Virus record (IMG/VR): IMGVR_UViG_3300012953_000012
Span: 1-64,000 of that record
Origin: a virus
Taxonomy: Duplodnaviria; Caudoviricetes
DNA length: 64,000 nt
Strand: one strand, 5' to 3'
Each line of letters opens with the position of its first letter. Position 1 is the first letter of the stretch. The position numbers and the translations under genes were made by a program. The notes beneath the pieces are model-generated. The model ran no database searches. It had not been told where the DNA came from and saw only the letters and a program-made list of their open reading frames with translations. Positions 37,406-47,400 of this stretch are shown piece by piece.

Positions 37406-38352
37406 ACAGCACTTCTACACTTCGACGCATCATGCGCTCCGAGGGCCTGATCAAGACCGCTGGCAGCGGTGCCAGCAACGAGGCGTACCTCGACTCCATC
37501 AGCAGCCGGATGAAGGACAAGATCCTCAAGGGCATCGCCAATCACTACGGCGTCTCGACCCAGAGGATGTACAAGGAACTGATCGACCCGGACGCCGAGG
37601 CTCTGTACGAGTACATCACCGATGGCTCCCGGATGCAGGTGTACCGCGACATGAAGTCGGGACGGTTCGCCAGCACCCGCAAGGTTGCTCACCGTCCGCA
37701 CTTCGTGACCCCGAAGGAACTCCGCAACGGCCATGCGTTCATGACCTACAAGATCGACGCCGGGAAGAACAACAGCAAGTTTTACGAAGGCAAGATCACA
37801 CCAGCCGATGACGGCACCTGGTCCTACCTGAAGCGTTGGGGTGCCTTGACGGATGCTGGTGCCAACCACCCACGAGTGGATGGTGAGAAGTACGACAAGC
37901 ACGGACTCACTGAGTCCCAGGCACAGCAGATGCTCGACAAGGAGAAGAAGAAGCGCCTCGGACCCCGTGGCTACTCCGACGCCATGAAGTCACGACCGCT
38001 GGGTCAGTACCCTGTGGGCCTCCAGCGCGACGTGGGCTTTGGGTGGGGCAAGCAGGAGATCACCAACTGCGTCCCGGCGCTGCGGAACATGTCGGACCTG
38101 ATCGTCACCGCCCTGGCAGAAGTCCAGCAGGATGATCCTGGCGACCTTCTCCGTGCCCTTGAGAGCCTTGCCGTACTCGTAGGGGACCTCCCCAGGAGCA
38201 GCATGGCGAAGGAGATCGCGAAGAAGATGCGGCCTCCCGTCCAGCGCATGAAGAAGAACCCCCGCTTCATCGACGACCCCAACCGCACGACGAAGGAGTT
38301 GATGACCCTCAAGCGGTACATCGACCGCCAGACCAAGGAGTGCAACGTCTGA
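37402..38352 (+). CDS. WGR-domain protein
   Basis: IDAGKNNSKFYEGKI...KRWGAL...AQQMLDKEKKKRLGPRGY matches the WGR domain pattern; KTAG and RFAS motifs. Confidence 0.7.
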   Translation: MNSTSTLRRIMRSEGLIKTAGSGASNEAYLDSISSRMKDKILKGIANHYGVSTQRMYKELIDPDAEALYEYITDGSRMQVYRDMKSGRFASTRKVAHRPHFVTPKELRNGHAFMTYKIDAGKNNSKFYEGKITPADDGTWSYLKRWGALTDAGANHPRVDGEKYDKHGLTESQAQQMLDKEKKKRLGPRGYSDAMKSRPLGQYPVGLQRDVGFGWGKQEITNCVPALRNMSDLIVTALAEVQQDDPGDLLRALESLAVLVGDLPRSSMAKEIAKKMRPPVQRMKKNPRFIDDPNRTTKELMTLKRYIDRQTKECNV

Positions 38353-38376
38353 TTTCTCGGCCACCGAGACGACGAA

Positions 38377-38416
38377 AACGCGCCCCCGCCGACCCGAAGG
38401 TCAGTGGGGGCGCGTT
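38377..38416. terminator. Bidirectional terminator between convergent genes
   Basis: Stem aacgcgccccc / gggggcgcgtt with an inner gacc-cgaa-ggtc hairpin. Confidence 0.75.
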
Positions 38417-38421
38417 CGCGT

Positions 38422-38577
38422 TTAGGCGTTTCGGAAGCGTCGTCGGTCTTCGCGGCGAAGGCGACGGCGAGCAAGGCGTCGGGTGACACGTTTGCTGGGG
38501 TGTTCGGGAATGAGGATGCAGTAGTGTCCACGTTCACCGTAGGTGTCGCGGACGTTGAGCCGTTTGAATCGGTCCAT
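38422..38577 (-). CDS. Small Arg-rich protein (51 aa), absent from the ORF track
   Basis: GGAGA RBS; MDRFKRLNVRDTYGERGHYC...RRLARRRLRREDRRRFRNA. Confidence 0.6.
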   Translation of the reverse strand: MDRFKRLNVRDTYGERGHYCILIPEHPSKRVTRRLARRRLRREDRRRFRNA

Positions 38578-38594
38578 GTCTCTCCGGGTTGGGG

Positions 38595-38795
38595 TTAGCG
38601 GCCAGTCTCGTCTACGCCAGCCTCGGCAAGCGAGGTAGCGAGGAGCATTTCGGTGGGGGTGAGGACGAGGTCGTTGCCGTCCTCGTCAAGGATGTGGGTG
38701 GGGAACCACTGTCCCCCTCGCTGGGCGAAGGCGACAGTGATGTCGATGATCCCGCCCGGCGTGGTGCGCTGGACGGTCACGGTAGTGTCGGCCAT
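38595..38795 (-). CDS. Small hypothetical protein (66 aa)
   Basis: AGGAGG RBS then ATG 38795. Confidence 0.65.
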   Translation of the reverse strand: MADTTVTVQRTTPGGIIDITVAFAQRGGQWFPTHILDEDGNDLVLTPTEMLLATSLAEAGVDETGR

Positions 38796-38824
38796 GGGGG
38801 CCTCCTGTGATGGGGTTGAAGGGA

Positions 38825-39394
38825 TCATGCGACAGTGGCCCACTGGTTCCAGTAGTCCACGCCGCGCTGGTACTCGGCGGTGTCGAGGGGTTTGCCGTTG
38901 CCGCCCTGCTCGATGCCGAGGGCGTTCCGCATCTGGGCAGCGGGGCCGAGCGGGGCCGCTTCGGGAGCGGTCGCGCTGTTGATGGAGACGATGCCCCAAT
39001 CGGCGTCGATCTCCATCCCTTCCTTCTCCAACTGCTCGCGGGAGTAGAGGACAAGGTGCAGCCACTCGCACCGCTCGACTCGCACGGAGCCAGCGGGGAA
39101 GTGCCGGGTCAGCACAGCCAACTCGCCTTCGCGGCGAGCCTTGTACTCCGTGCGGAGAAGGGCTGCGTTGTACTTGGTGATCTTGGCAACGCCCGACAAA
39201 GCGTCGGTGAAGTTGCGGACGAAGACGTGGCGGACGAAGCCCGCCGTCTCGCCCTCAATGAAGTGACCCTCGTTGAGAGTCGCGCCGTAGACGAGGGCGT
39301 CGAAGTCCTCGACGGTGTGGCTGGCGATCTTGGTGCCAGCGAAGGTGGGGTCGAAGTGCCGACCTGCGGCGAAGGAAGTGGTCTGGATGCTCAT
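38825..39394 (-). CDS. DUF3228-family-like protein
   Basis: RHVFVRNFT...YKARREGELAVLTRHF...LYSREQLEKE...WGIVSI...MRNALGIEQGGNGKPLD...YW matches the DUF3228 motif order. Confidence 0.8.
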   Translation of the reverse strand: MSIQTTSFAAGRHFDPTFAGTKIASHTVEDFDALVYGATLNEGHFIEGETAGFVRHVFVRNFTDALSGVAKITKYNAALLRTEYKARREGELAVLTRHFPAGSVRVERCEWLHLVLYSREQLEKEGMEIDADWGIVSINSATAPEAAPLGPAAQMRNALGIEQGGNGKPLDTAEYQRGVDYWNQWATVA

Positions 39395-39444
39395 GTGTGT
39401 CCTTTGGCCCTGTAGGGCACTGGGGGTGGGTGAGGGTCGCTGCC

Positions 39445-39538
39445 CTCACCTACTTACGGAAGCAGGGGGAAGTTTTAACGGCGACCCCCGAAAAAAATCC
39501 CCCGTTAAAACCGTCTGCTGCTTCCGTAAGTAGGTGAG
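39445..39538. repeat. Inverted repeat forming a duplicated divergent promoter
   Basis: Perfect 21-bp IR CTCACCTACTTACGGAAGCAG (39445-39465 / 39518-39538) plus inner TTTTAACGG/CCGTTAAAA. Confidence 0.9.
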
Positions 39539-39589
39539 GACCCGCACCTTCGCGCCCTCAAACCCCCAGAGCCCCATAGGAGGCTGACC

Positions 39590-39988
39590 ATGACCATCGT
39601 ATCGTTCGACTTCGACGACACGCTGGCCTGGACGCGAGTGATCCGAGACGCTGACGGCGACATCGAGGACACCGTCCCTGCTGGCGTCAACCCTCACATC
39701 ATGCCGCTGCTCCATGCAGCCCTCGACCGTGGCGACGAGGTTCACATCGTCACGACCCGCCACGCCTCTCGCTGGCGCGACATCACCCTGGCCGAACTTC
39801 GTGCCTGGGGTGTGCTCGACCGCCTTGCAGGCGTTCACTTCACCGATGGTGAGTGGAAGGCGGAAACTTTGTCCACGCTTCGGGTAGAGGTACATCACGA
39901 TGACGACCAGGATGAACTGGATCGTCTGCCGCCCGGATGCAGTGGTGTCCTGGCACCTCTACACCCGTCCTGGGGAGGTGTGCGATGA
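39590..39988 (+). CDS. HAD-superfamily hydrolase (phosphatase-like)
   Basis: Motif I FDFDDTL, motif II IVTTR, K, and C-terminal HDDD; AGGAGG RBS. Confidence 0.8.
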   Translation: MTIVSFDFDDTLAWTRVIRDADGDIEDTVPAGVNPHIMPLLHAALDRGDEVHIVTTRHASRWRDITLAELRAWGVLDRLAGVHFTDGEWKAETLSTLRVEVHHDDDQDELDRLPPGCSGVLAPLHPSWGGVR

Positions 39989-40665
39989 CTGAGGAAGAGG
40001 CCAAAGCCAGACTGCTCCCCCCTGTGCAGAAGGGTGCTTTGGTGGTGGTCGTCCGTGGCCGCAAGGTGCCACGCGGCACTATGGGCGTGGTGAGGTGGGA
40101 AGGTGACGGTGACTACGGCCCCCGTGTGGGCCTCGCTGTCGAAGGCGAGGACAAACTCGTCTACACCGCCTACAAGAACGTCGATGCTGTGTACCCTGGC
40201 CTGATGCCTGGCCAGGATCCCGAGGGCGGTTGGGTCGAACTCTACGAGCGTGTGCAGCGGGAGCAACGGCTTCCGATGAAAGGGCACCGAATCGAGCACC
40301 GAGGCTCAGGCATGAAAGGCAAGGTCTTCTGGGCGCAGGGGAGCCGTATCGGCTTCAAGTCCGACAAGGGGGTCACCAACTGGTCCGACGCCCACGAGGT
40401 CTGGATGTTGTCGGGACCCATGGAGTGCCGTTTGGATTACGTCACCGAGGTTCCCGCCGTGCCTGCATTACGGGTCCTCCTTGAAGTAGACGCCCGGTCG
40501 CTTCCGGCCCCTTTCAATGAGATCCAGTACCTGGACCCCCTTCCCCAGGGCGGCTACCGAGGTTTGAATGGTCGCCAAGAGTACGTCGCCACGTTGCCTG
40601 AGGAGGTGGCCCAGCAACACCTTCCGGTTGTGGGCCACCTCCAGGATTCCGGGCGTCCTCGGTAG
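39985..40665 (+). CDS. Hypothetical protein with SH3/KOW-like modules
   Basis: ATGA-coupled; KGALVVVVRGRKVPRGTMGVVRW...RVGL. Confidence 0.75.
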   Translation: MTEEEAKARLLPPVQKGALVVVVRGRKVPRGTMGVVRWEGDGDYGPRVGLAVEGEDKLVYTAYKNVDAVYPGLMPGQDPEGGWVELYERVQREQRLPMKGHRIEHRGSGMKGKVFWAQGSRIGFKSDKGVTNWSDAHEVWMLSGPMECRLDYVTEVPAVPALRVLLEVDARSLPAPFNEIQYLDPLPQGGYRGLNGRQEYVATLPEEVAQQHLPVVGHLQDSGRPR

Positions 40666-40674
40666 CCCGCCTAT
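40660..40674 (+). promoter_or_regulatory. Putative late promoter motif CGGT-N7-CTAT overlapping the upstream stop
   Basis: cgg tag cccgc ctat; upstream of 40700. Confidence 0.6.
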
Positions 40675-40699
40675 CGCCCCTCCACAGTCGGAGGCTTTC

Positions 40700-40843
40700 A
40701 TGGGCTGTGGCTGTCGCAAGAAGAACGGGGCGAAAAACCCAACGGCAATCAAGAAATCTGCTCCCCAGATTCGGGTTGCCCGTGCGATCCCTCGTGAGCC
40801 TGTGACGAAGCGACTCCCCCGAGGGACGCGGGTGCGCCGATGA
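40700..40843 (+). CDS. Small basic protein MGCGCRKK... (47 aa)
   Basis: GGAGG RBS then ATG 40700; K/R-rich. Confidence 0.7.
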   Translation: MGCGCRKKNGAKNPTAIKKSAPQIRVARAIPREPVTKRLPRGTRVRR

Positions 40844-40852
40844 CGTGCCTAT
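40838..40852 (+). promoter_or_regulatory. Putative late promoter motif CGAT-N7-CTAT overlapping the upstream stop
   Basis: cga tga cgtgc ctat, then GGGTA; upstream of 40888. Confidence 0.55.
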
Positions 40853-40887
40853 GCAACCGGGTACTGTGGCCCTTGATGGAGACTTGA

Positions 40888-43800
40888 ATGGCAATCCGCG
40901 ACAAGTACTTTCCTGGCTCAACCGTCAGTCGATACCTTCCGCCGGGAGAACACTCCTGGTCTGAGGCTATCTACCAGTCCGGTAAGCCAGTCCTCGACGC
41001 TGAACTGAATCTCTCCCAGGAAGTAGGGAAGGAGATCCGGCGTCTGATCCAGCACCATGAGACCCCGTCTGGGTGGCTGCGCGGACCCGTTCCGCCCTCC
41101 CTGACAGATTTCTCGTTCGGCAACCCCGCTGGAGGCTACCCCGCTGACTCCTTCTACATGGTGAACCGCACCGCCATCGTGGCTCAGATGCCCGTCACCG
41201 TGGCCTACACGGAGAACACGGAACCTCAGAACCTCATTCAGTTGTCGCCTGCGACTCTGGACAACGGCACCCCCGCCAACGTCAAGCGCACCGACTTCGT
41301 GTTCCTGGAGGTGTTCCGTGCCCTGGTGAGCCCTTCACCACACGCCTCTGGGTCCATCACCGTCCTGACGTTCCCGACCGCAGGCTCCATCACCATCAAC
41401 GGTGTGGCACTGACCCCCGCTGGCGGGCCTCGTGGCGTCGGCATCGGAGCCGACAACTACGACAACACGTTGGTGTCAGCAGCGGCCATCGCGGCGGACA
41501 TTCGGGACGCCATCAACGACTCATCCAACTCCTGGGCTGGGGTCGTCACCGCAGAGATCGACATCTCGGTTGCAGAGCAGGTGAACATCAAGGCCACGGA
41601 TGCGTTCGCCGGTGCAGCCGGTAATGCCATCGGCTTCATTGAGTCCACAGGCGGTGCCGAGTTTACCCTCGACCCTCTCGTCGGCAATCTCACGGGCGGT
41701 GTAGACACCCCGAACAAGCCGACCCAGGCCACTATCTACAGGAACGGAAACATCCTGGCCCCGGCAGGTGTGAACCTGCCCGACCGCATCGCTGATCCCA
41801 CCATCGGGACCGAGAGCACGAAGCGTGTTCAGATCCAGTACAACATCCGCAAGACCAACCAGACCGAAGCCGTCAACTTTCAGGTCACCAACGGCTTCAT
41901 CGGTGCCAACTGGATCGCAGCCACTACGGTCCCCTCTACAGCAGACTCAGAAGTCCGGGCTCAGGCTACCCAGGTCGCCCCTGTAGGGCGCTACCGGTTC
42001 GTCCCTGCTGATGGGGTCACAGTCCTTGCCTACATCGAGGTCACAGGCGTCGGAGCCATCGCGCTTGGCGACACCATCGACGTGAACGGCGTGACGCTGA
42101 CCGCAGCGAACCCCGCCGTGAACCCCGACGAGTTTGACCCTACAGGTGCTCCCGGAGCCATCGCCACCAGCATCGTCACAGCCATCACGGCCTCGGTGGG
42201 GACTGTTGCGGCCTCCGCTTCGGGATCACTCATCGCCATCGTTCCTGCCGTAAGCGGCGACAACGTGACCCTGAGCAGTGTCTTGACGACAAGCACCTCG
42301 GTCATCACGGCGGTCAACTCGGCTGTGTCGTACCAGACGGTAGACAATGGCCTCTACATCTCTGGTGACGGCACGCAGAAGGCAGCGACTGATCTCGGCA
42401 CTGTGGACGGCTACTCCTATGCCATCCCCATGTGCTTCGTCTTCCGCCGCAACGATGCCAGCACAACTGGCGGCTTCGACCCGGCAAACAACACCAACGG
42501 TGCGCTGGCGCATGACCATGCCCCCTTCAACAACACCCACCTCACAGGCGGGGCGACTGCGATCCCGGCGTCTACGTCTGACAGGCCCGACCAGCGGTTC
42601 CACGATGTCATTGTCTCAGGGGATGTCCTTGACCTTCGACGTCAAGTGTCCCCCGGCGGTGTTGACCTCAAGGCAGAACTTGAATCGCAGATGACCGCTC
42701 TTCTCGATGGTTCCATGCACACATGGGCCATCGACACTGAGGACATCACTGAACTGGGCAACTCCTCAGGGGATGTCTCGTCGGTGTACCTGGTGTGCAA
42801 CGAGATCGGTGACCAGGACAACGTCAACGGCGAAACCATCGGCAAGTGGGATCACATCCGACGCCGGTTCGCCGATCAGCCTGTCGTTGAACGCCGCATC
42901 TTCCCCATCACGTCTGACGCCCCTTCCGGGACAAACCCCGGCCTGTTCATGGACCCCACGAGGGCTGGATGGGAGGCAGGCCAGGTCATCAACATCAACC
43001 TCGGCCAACTTGACGCCTCGGGTCTGGGGGACTGGGTTCCCACGGCCTCTCCGGTGGTGGTGACGAACCAGTGGCCTGCCGGAACCACCATCACCAACGT
43101 CCTCCGAGTCGTTCACGACGACGGCAACTACGCCCTGGCCATCGACCAGAACGTCGAGACGGATCTGATTACCGGCATCGGTACGGACCACGTCCAGATC
43201 ACCCTGGCCCCGAACAACGCGCAGGCCAACGGAGGCGTGAACGGCGACCCTGGCTACGACATCGTCCCAACCGTCGCCGGTACTTCGGCTCGCCGCATCT
43301 TCGTCGAGTTGGAGATTTCGTACCCTGCCGGGGTGGGCATCTCGGCCACGCCGGACGAGATCATCGGCGGCTCCCCGACCGTGACCCCGTACCATGGCTC
43401 GGCCCTGGAGTACGACACCAGCAAACGCCCGACAGACTTTGAAGACCTCCAGCCCCCGGCCTACCGGCCCGGCTACCGTGAGGTCATGATGGAGTACATC
43501 TGCAACGATGGTCTCACAGTCCCCGTGTCGGGATCACCCATCACTGAGGAAGTGGTGAGTGGCAGTGGCATCGACCTGATCATGTCCCGCCGCTTCTACG
43601 GCATCAAGGGTGGTGCTCCTGCCCTCATGTCCGTGACAGACATCGGTGGAGGGCTCGGCGCTGTGCCGATTGACGACGCAGCCACGACATGGGGCAACTC
43701 CGCACGCAAGATCGTCCTCTCAGGGGCGGGTGTGGCTCCCGGTGTCCAGAGCAAGTGCTCCGTGGAGTACTTCGCGCAAGACCCCATCCCTGATTTCTCC

Positions 43801-44478
43801 AGCCCCGGCGACCGCTACCAGATCGCAGTCTACTTCCGTAGCAACGCGCCCCAGACGGTTGGTGTCATGGGCGGGTTCCCGGCGACTTCCCCGTTGCCGG
43901 ACACCCTGAACCTTGAGCCGTTGGTCATGTCCCGCAACCTGTGGACGAACACCACCTCCGTGGGATCACTGGACCTGGCGTTCCCCTACAGCAACCCGTC
44001 TGACCAGATCGCCGTCAACGCTGACCAGCAAACCGGCATCAACCCTCCGTTCCCTGGCGAGTGGGCTCTCATGTCCCTGGCCAAGATCAGCGTCGGTGAC
44101 TTCGACGCCGAGACGGGCCTGCTCAACCTGCATCAGATGGTCCCAGTTGACCCCAACTCGGACTTCTCCTTCTCCAGCCGTGCGTGGGATCACGAGTTCC
44201 GTGGGCACTACCGGATTGCCGATGTGAACGCCTATCGGCCTACGGCGATGGCCCAGCCGCTCTCTGGGGTCGCGACCCACAAGGTCTTCTTCCCCTTCCT
44301 GGCTCAGACCTCCGCAGACAACGTCTACTTCCGCAAGGGAGAGGTCGTGCTCGTGGTAGTCAGTCGATACGCACTTCTTGATGGAGACAACGTGGTTCGG
44401 TTCACGGATAGCGGCACAGACACCTGTGCTGCGGTGTACCGGACACGCGGGCTACTCCTTTTGGCTTCGGAGCGATAA
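40888..44478 (+). CDS. Large baseplate-like structural protein (1196 aa), paralog of 52791
   Basis: YQSGKPVLDAELN, DFVFLEV, RVQIQY, DGYSYAIP, RPDQRFHD...DLR motifs shared with 52791..58148. Confidence 0.8.
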   Translation: MAIRDKYFPGSTVSRYLPPGEHSWSEAIYQSGKPVLDAELNLSQEVGKEIRRLIQHHETPSGWLRGPVPPSLTDFSFGNPAGGYPADSFYMVNRTAIVAQMPVTVAYTENTEPQNLIQLSPATLDNGTPANVKRTDFVFLEVFRALVSPSPHASGSITVLTFPTAGSITINGVALTPAGGPRGVGIGADNYDNTLVSAAAIAADIRDAINDSSNSWAGVVTAEIDISVAEQVNIKATDAFAGAAGNAIGFIESTGGAEFTLDPLVGNLTGGVDTPNKPTQATIYRNGNILAPAGVNLPDRIADPTIGTESTKRVQIQYNIRKTNQTEAVNFQVTNGFIGANWIAATTVPSTADSEVRAQATQVAPVGRYRFVPADGVTVLAYIEVTGVGAIALGDTIDVNGVTLTAANPAVNPDEFDPTGAPGAIATSIVTAITASVGTVAASASGSLIAIVPAVSGDNVTLSSVLTTSTSVITAVNSAVSYQTVDNGLYISGDGTQKAATDLGTVDGYSYAIPMCFVFRRNDASTTGGFDPANNTNGALAHDHAPFNNTHLTGGATAIPASTSDRPDQRFHDVIVSGDVLDLRRQVSPGGVDLKAELESQMTALLDGSMHTWAIDTEDITELGNSSGDVSSVYLVCNEIGDQDNVNGETIGKWDHIRRRFADQPVVERRIFPITSDAPSGTNPGLFMDPTRAGWEAGQVININLGQLDASGLGDWVPTASPVVVTNQWPAGTTITNVLRVVHDDGNYALAIDQNVETDLITGIGTDHVQITLAPNNAQANGGVNGDPGYDIVPTVAGTSARRIFVELEISYPAGVGISATPDEIIGGSPTVTPYHGSALEYDTSKRPTDFEDLQPPAYRPGYREVMMEYICNDGLTVPVSGSPITEEVVSGSGIDLIMSRRFYGIKGGAPALMSVTDIGGGLGAVPIDDAATTWGNSARKIVLSGAGVAPGVQSKCSVEYFAQDPIPDFSSPGDRYQIAVYFRSNAPQTVGVMGGFPATSPLPDTLNLEPLVMSRNLWTNTTSVGSLDLAFPYSNPSDQIAVNADQQTGINPPFPGEWALMSLAKISVGDFDAETGLLNLHQMVPVDPNSDFSFSSRAWDHEFRGHYRIADVNAYRPTAMAQPLSGVATHKVFFPFLAQTSADNVYFRKGEVVLVVVSRYALLDGDNVVRFTDSGTDTCAAVYRTRGLLLLASER

Positions 44479-44481
44479 ACC

Positions 44482-47400
44482 ATGCCTCGTAATGTAGATC
44501 CTGGAACTATCCGAGTTGGCAAGGGACTCGCCCCCGAAGGGACGGTCGAAGACAACTCGCTGCGCTACCCGGAGCGGGATGCCGATCCCCTTCGTGTTCA
44601 CATCCATGACCCCAGCCGCGCCCACATGGCGTCGAGCATCGGTATCGTAGATGAACTCGACTGCTACGTCTCTGACGAGGTTGAGGGTGCCCTCCAGGAA
44701 CTCTGTGGCAACTCCGCTGCGGGTCGCCTCAACGGCCTGATCGCAGGCGGGACCTTCAGCGAGTTGGGTTGTCTCCCCAACGGCACGGCGGGTGGTGTCC
44801 ACGCCACGTTGACCCTGTGCTCTCCTACAGAAATCCTGATGAACGGCACGGTCCTGGACGCCACGGGCCTCACTGTGTCCGTCCCTGCGGCCAACACGGT
44901 CTACTTCATCTACCTGGACACCCAGGTCAGCAGCCCGACCTACCGAGAACTGGTCGCGACCACGGGGACCCCTCCTCAGGTCGAAGTCGGTGATCCCGAC
45001 ACCACCACCGGCCCCGGCAGCATTGAAAACGTCATGCTCGCCAAGGTCACGATGGACGCAGGCGGCAACGTCGTGTCCTGGCAGGACGCACGCTTCTTCG
45101 TGCGGAACCTCGACCGCAAGGTCACTTACAGCAGCCGCCAGGGCGAGAACGTGGACGCCTGGTCCGAAGGTTGCTTCGCCAACCTTCAAGCCTTCTTCTT
45201 CTGGGCTGAGTACTACGGAGACGGTGCGCTCCCCTCCAGTAACGAGGAAGAGAAGGGCATGGTGCTGATCCGAGGGACGCACACGATCCTCTCGACGCTC
45301 AATGTGCCCACCGACCACCTCCAGTTTGTCGGCGACGGCGAAGCCATCATTGAGTTGACCGGCAACGCCGCCTTTGATGCGGTCCTGGTGGACGCGAAGA
45401 AGGACATCACCTTCCGCAACATCACCTTCCTGTGCAACGTGGCGAGCACGGGGAGCAAGGGCATCCGTGCTGCTGGAGACTTCACCGACCTCACCGTCGA
45501 GGACTGTCGTTTCCTGAGTGGGGCGCAAAACTTCAGCGTGGCCCTTCACCTTGACGCAGGCGGCGCGGTCAACGAGCGGATCACAGTCCGTGACTGCGCG
45601 ATTGAGGCTGTCGATTGCGGTGTCAATGTCGATGGCTTTGGGTCCACGTCCTCCTGGGGAACGCTGATCGAGAACTGTTCCGTCGATTCTCAGGCGGTCG
45701 CTGCGGGCTCTGTGGGCATCCAGTTGGGTGACAACCAGACCAACGGCTATGGCACCGTCCGAGGGTGCTTTGTTTCGTCTTTTGAGACCGGGATCATGGT
45801 CAAGGACACCGGCGTCACCCTGGTTGAGGGGAACACCATCCGGGACACCATCAGCGGGATCATCTACCCCAGCGATAGTGCCATTGGTCATACGGTGGTG
45901 AACAACCACATCACGCTCGGTGACAACCTCACCCTCCATGGCATCTTCTTCGGGATCGGTCACCAGAGCATCGTGATCTCGGGCAACTACATCCGCAGCC
46001 TCATTGACGGAGGTCACCCTTCGGAGCCTTACGGCATCTCCGTCCAGGGTCGCGCGGCGAGTGAGAAGGTGAACGCCCGCATTGAGAACAACCACGTCAT
46101 TGGCTTCTACGACGCCACTGCGACTATCGGGCACGGCATCTGGGTCGTGGGGACTGACGGCGTCTGTGAGGGTGTGACCATCACAGGGAACACACTTTCC
46201 CGGAACAACATCGCCGTTGAGTCCTGGATGAACGGAACCATCACGGGGAACACCGTTGAGGCAGCCACGCTCGGTATGCCTCCGGGGCCTACAGTAGGCG
46301 GGGCGATTGATCTCACCAATGCTCGCTCCTTCACGGTGAGCGGAAACACGGTCAATGCGCGGGATGTCATCCGCCATGGGGTGTACGCCCGTGTCGGCAA
46401 GGACCTGACGGTCACGGGGAACACTGTGACGCAGCCTTTCGTCACCGGAGTCCTGCTCGACTCCGGTCCCAACTTTGGTGCAATATCGGGGATGGAGAAC
46501 TTCACCGTGAGTGGAAACACGGTCGATGCCCTTCCTGATCCGGCCAACCCCTCCCTGCCTACGGCAGACGGGATCGTCATCAGCAGCACTACGGACGACG
46601 GATCTCCCGAAATCGGTGTTGTCGATGGCAACTCCGTTCGGCGTTGTCGCCACGGAATCTTGCTGACCGGCTTCGCCATCAACGTCCCGATCCGGGACGT
46701 CACGGTGTCAAACAACATCGTCTCCGAGTGCGCGAAGGACCAGGACACCTGGGACATCTGGGACTTCCAGGACGCGGGCACCTACGGAATCGGCTGCCTC
46801 TACGCGAAGAACATCATCCTCTCAGGGAACAACATTGGCAGCGTCGGCCAGGTCACGCTCGACACGGGCGCACCACTCGTCCCTGCGAACAACGTCTTTG
46901 TCCAGGCACTGTTCACCCTCAACTGCTCGGGGGTGACGGCTCAGGGGAACACCATCCGCAACTCGCTCCCTTATGGGACGGGTCGGGCCAACGACATCGC
47001 CCTGCTTGTGGGCCGCCTTGCCGGTGATGTGGAGTGCATCAACACTAAGGTCGAAGGCAACAGCATCATCATCAACGACAGTGTGGACCCCGGTAGTCAC
47101 CAGGGCATCCTGGCCTGGGCGGACGGTACGTCGGGCGTTGCCACGGCTGGCTTCATTGACTTGTCCATCTCGGACAACACGATCCACACAGTGAACGGAG
47201 CCAGCGGTTCCGGCGTCGGCACTGGGATTCACATCGTCGCTCAGGATGAGGGTGCTATCGAAGGTGCCCGCATTGAGGGCAACCAGATTGGAAACTACCT
47301 GTCCAGCGGGATCTACGTCCAAACGGGTGATGGGAGCCCTCAGGGCGACAGCAGCATGTATCGCGTGGGCGTCCGGCACAACACGCTCAGGTCCATGGGT

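Noticed and set aside
44452-46653. 733-aa ORF on the minus strand
   Set aside because: Antisense shadow of the beta-helix gene; expected from GC3-biased coding, with no RBS or recognisable motifs.
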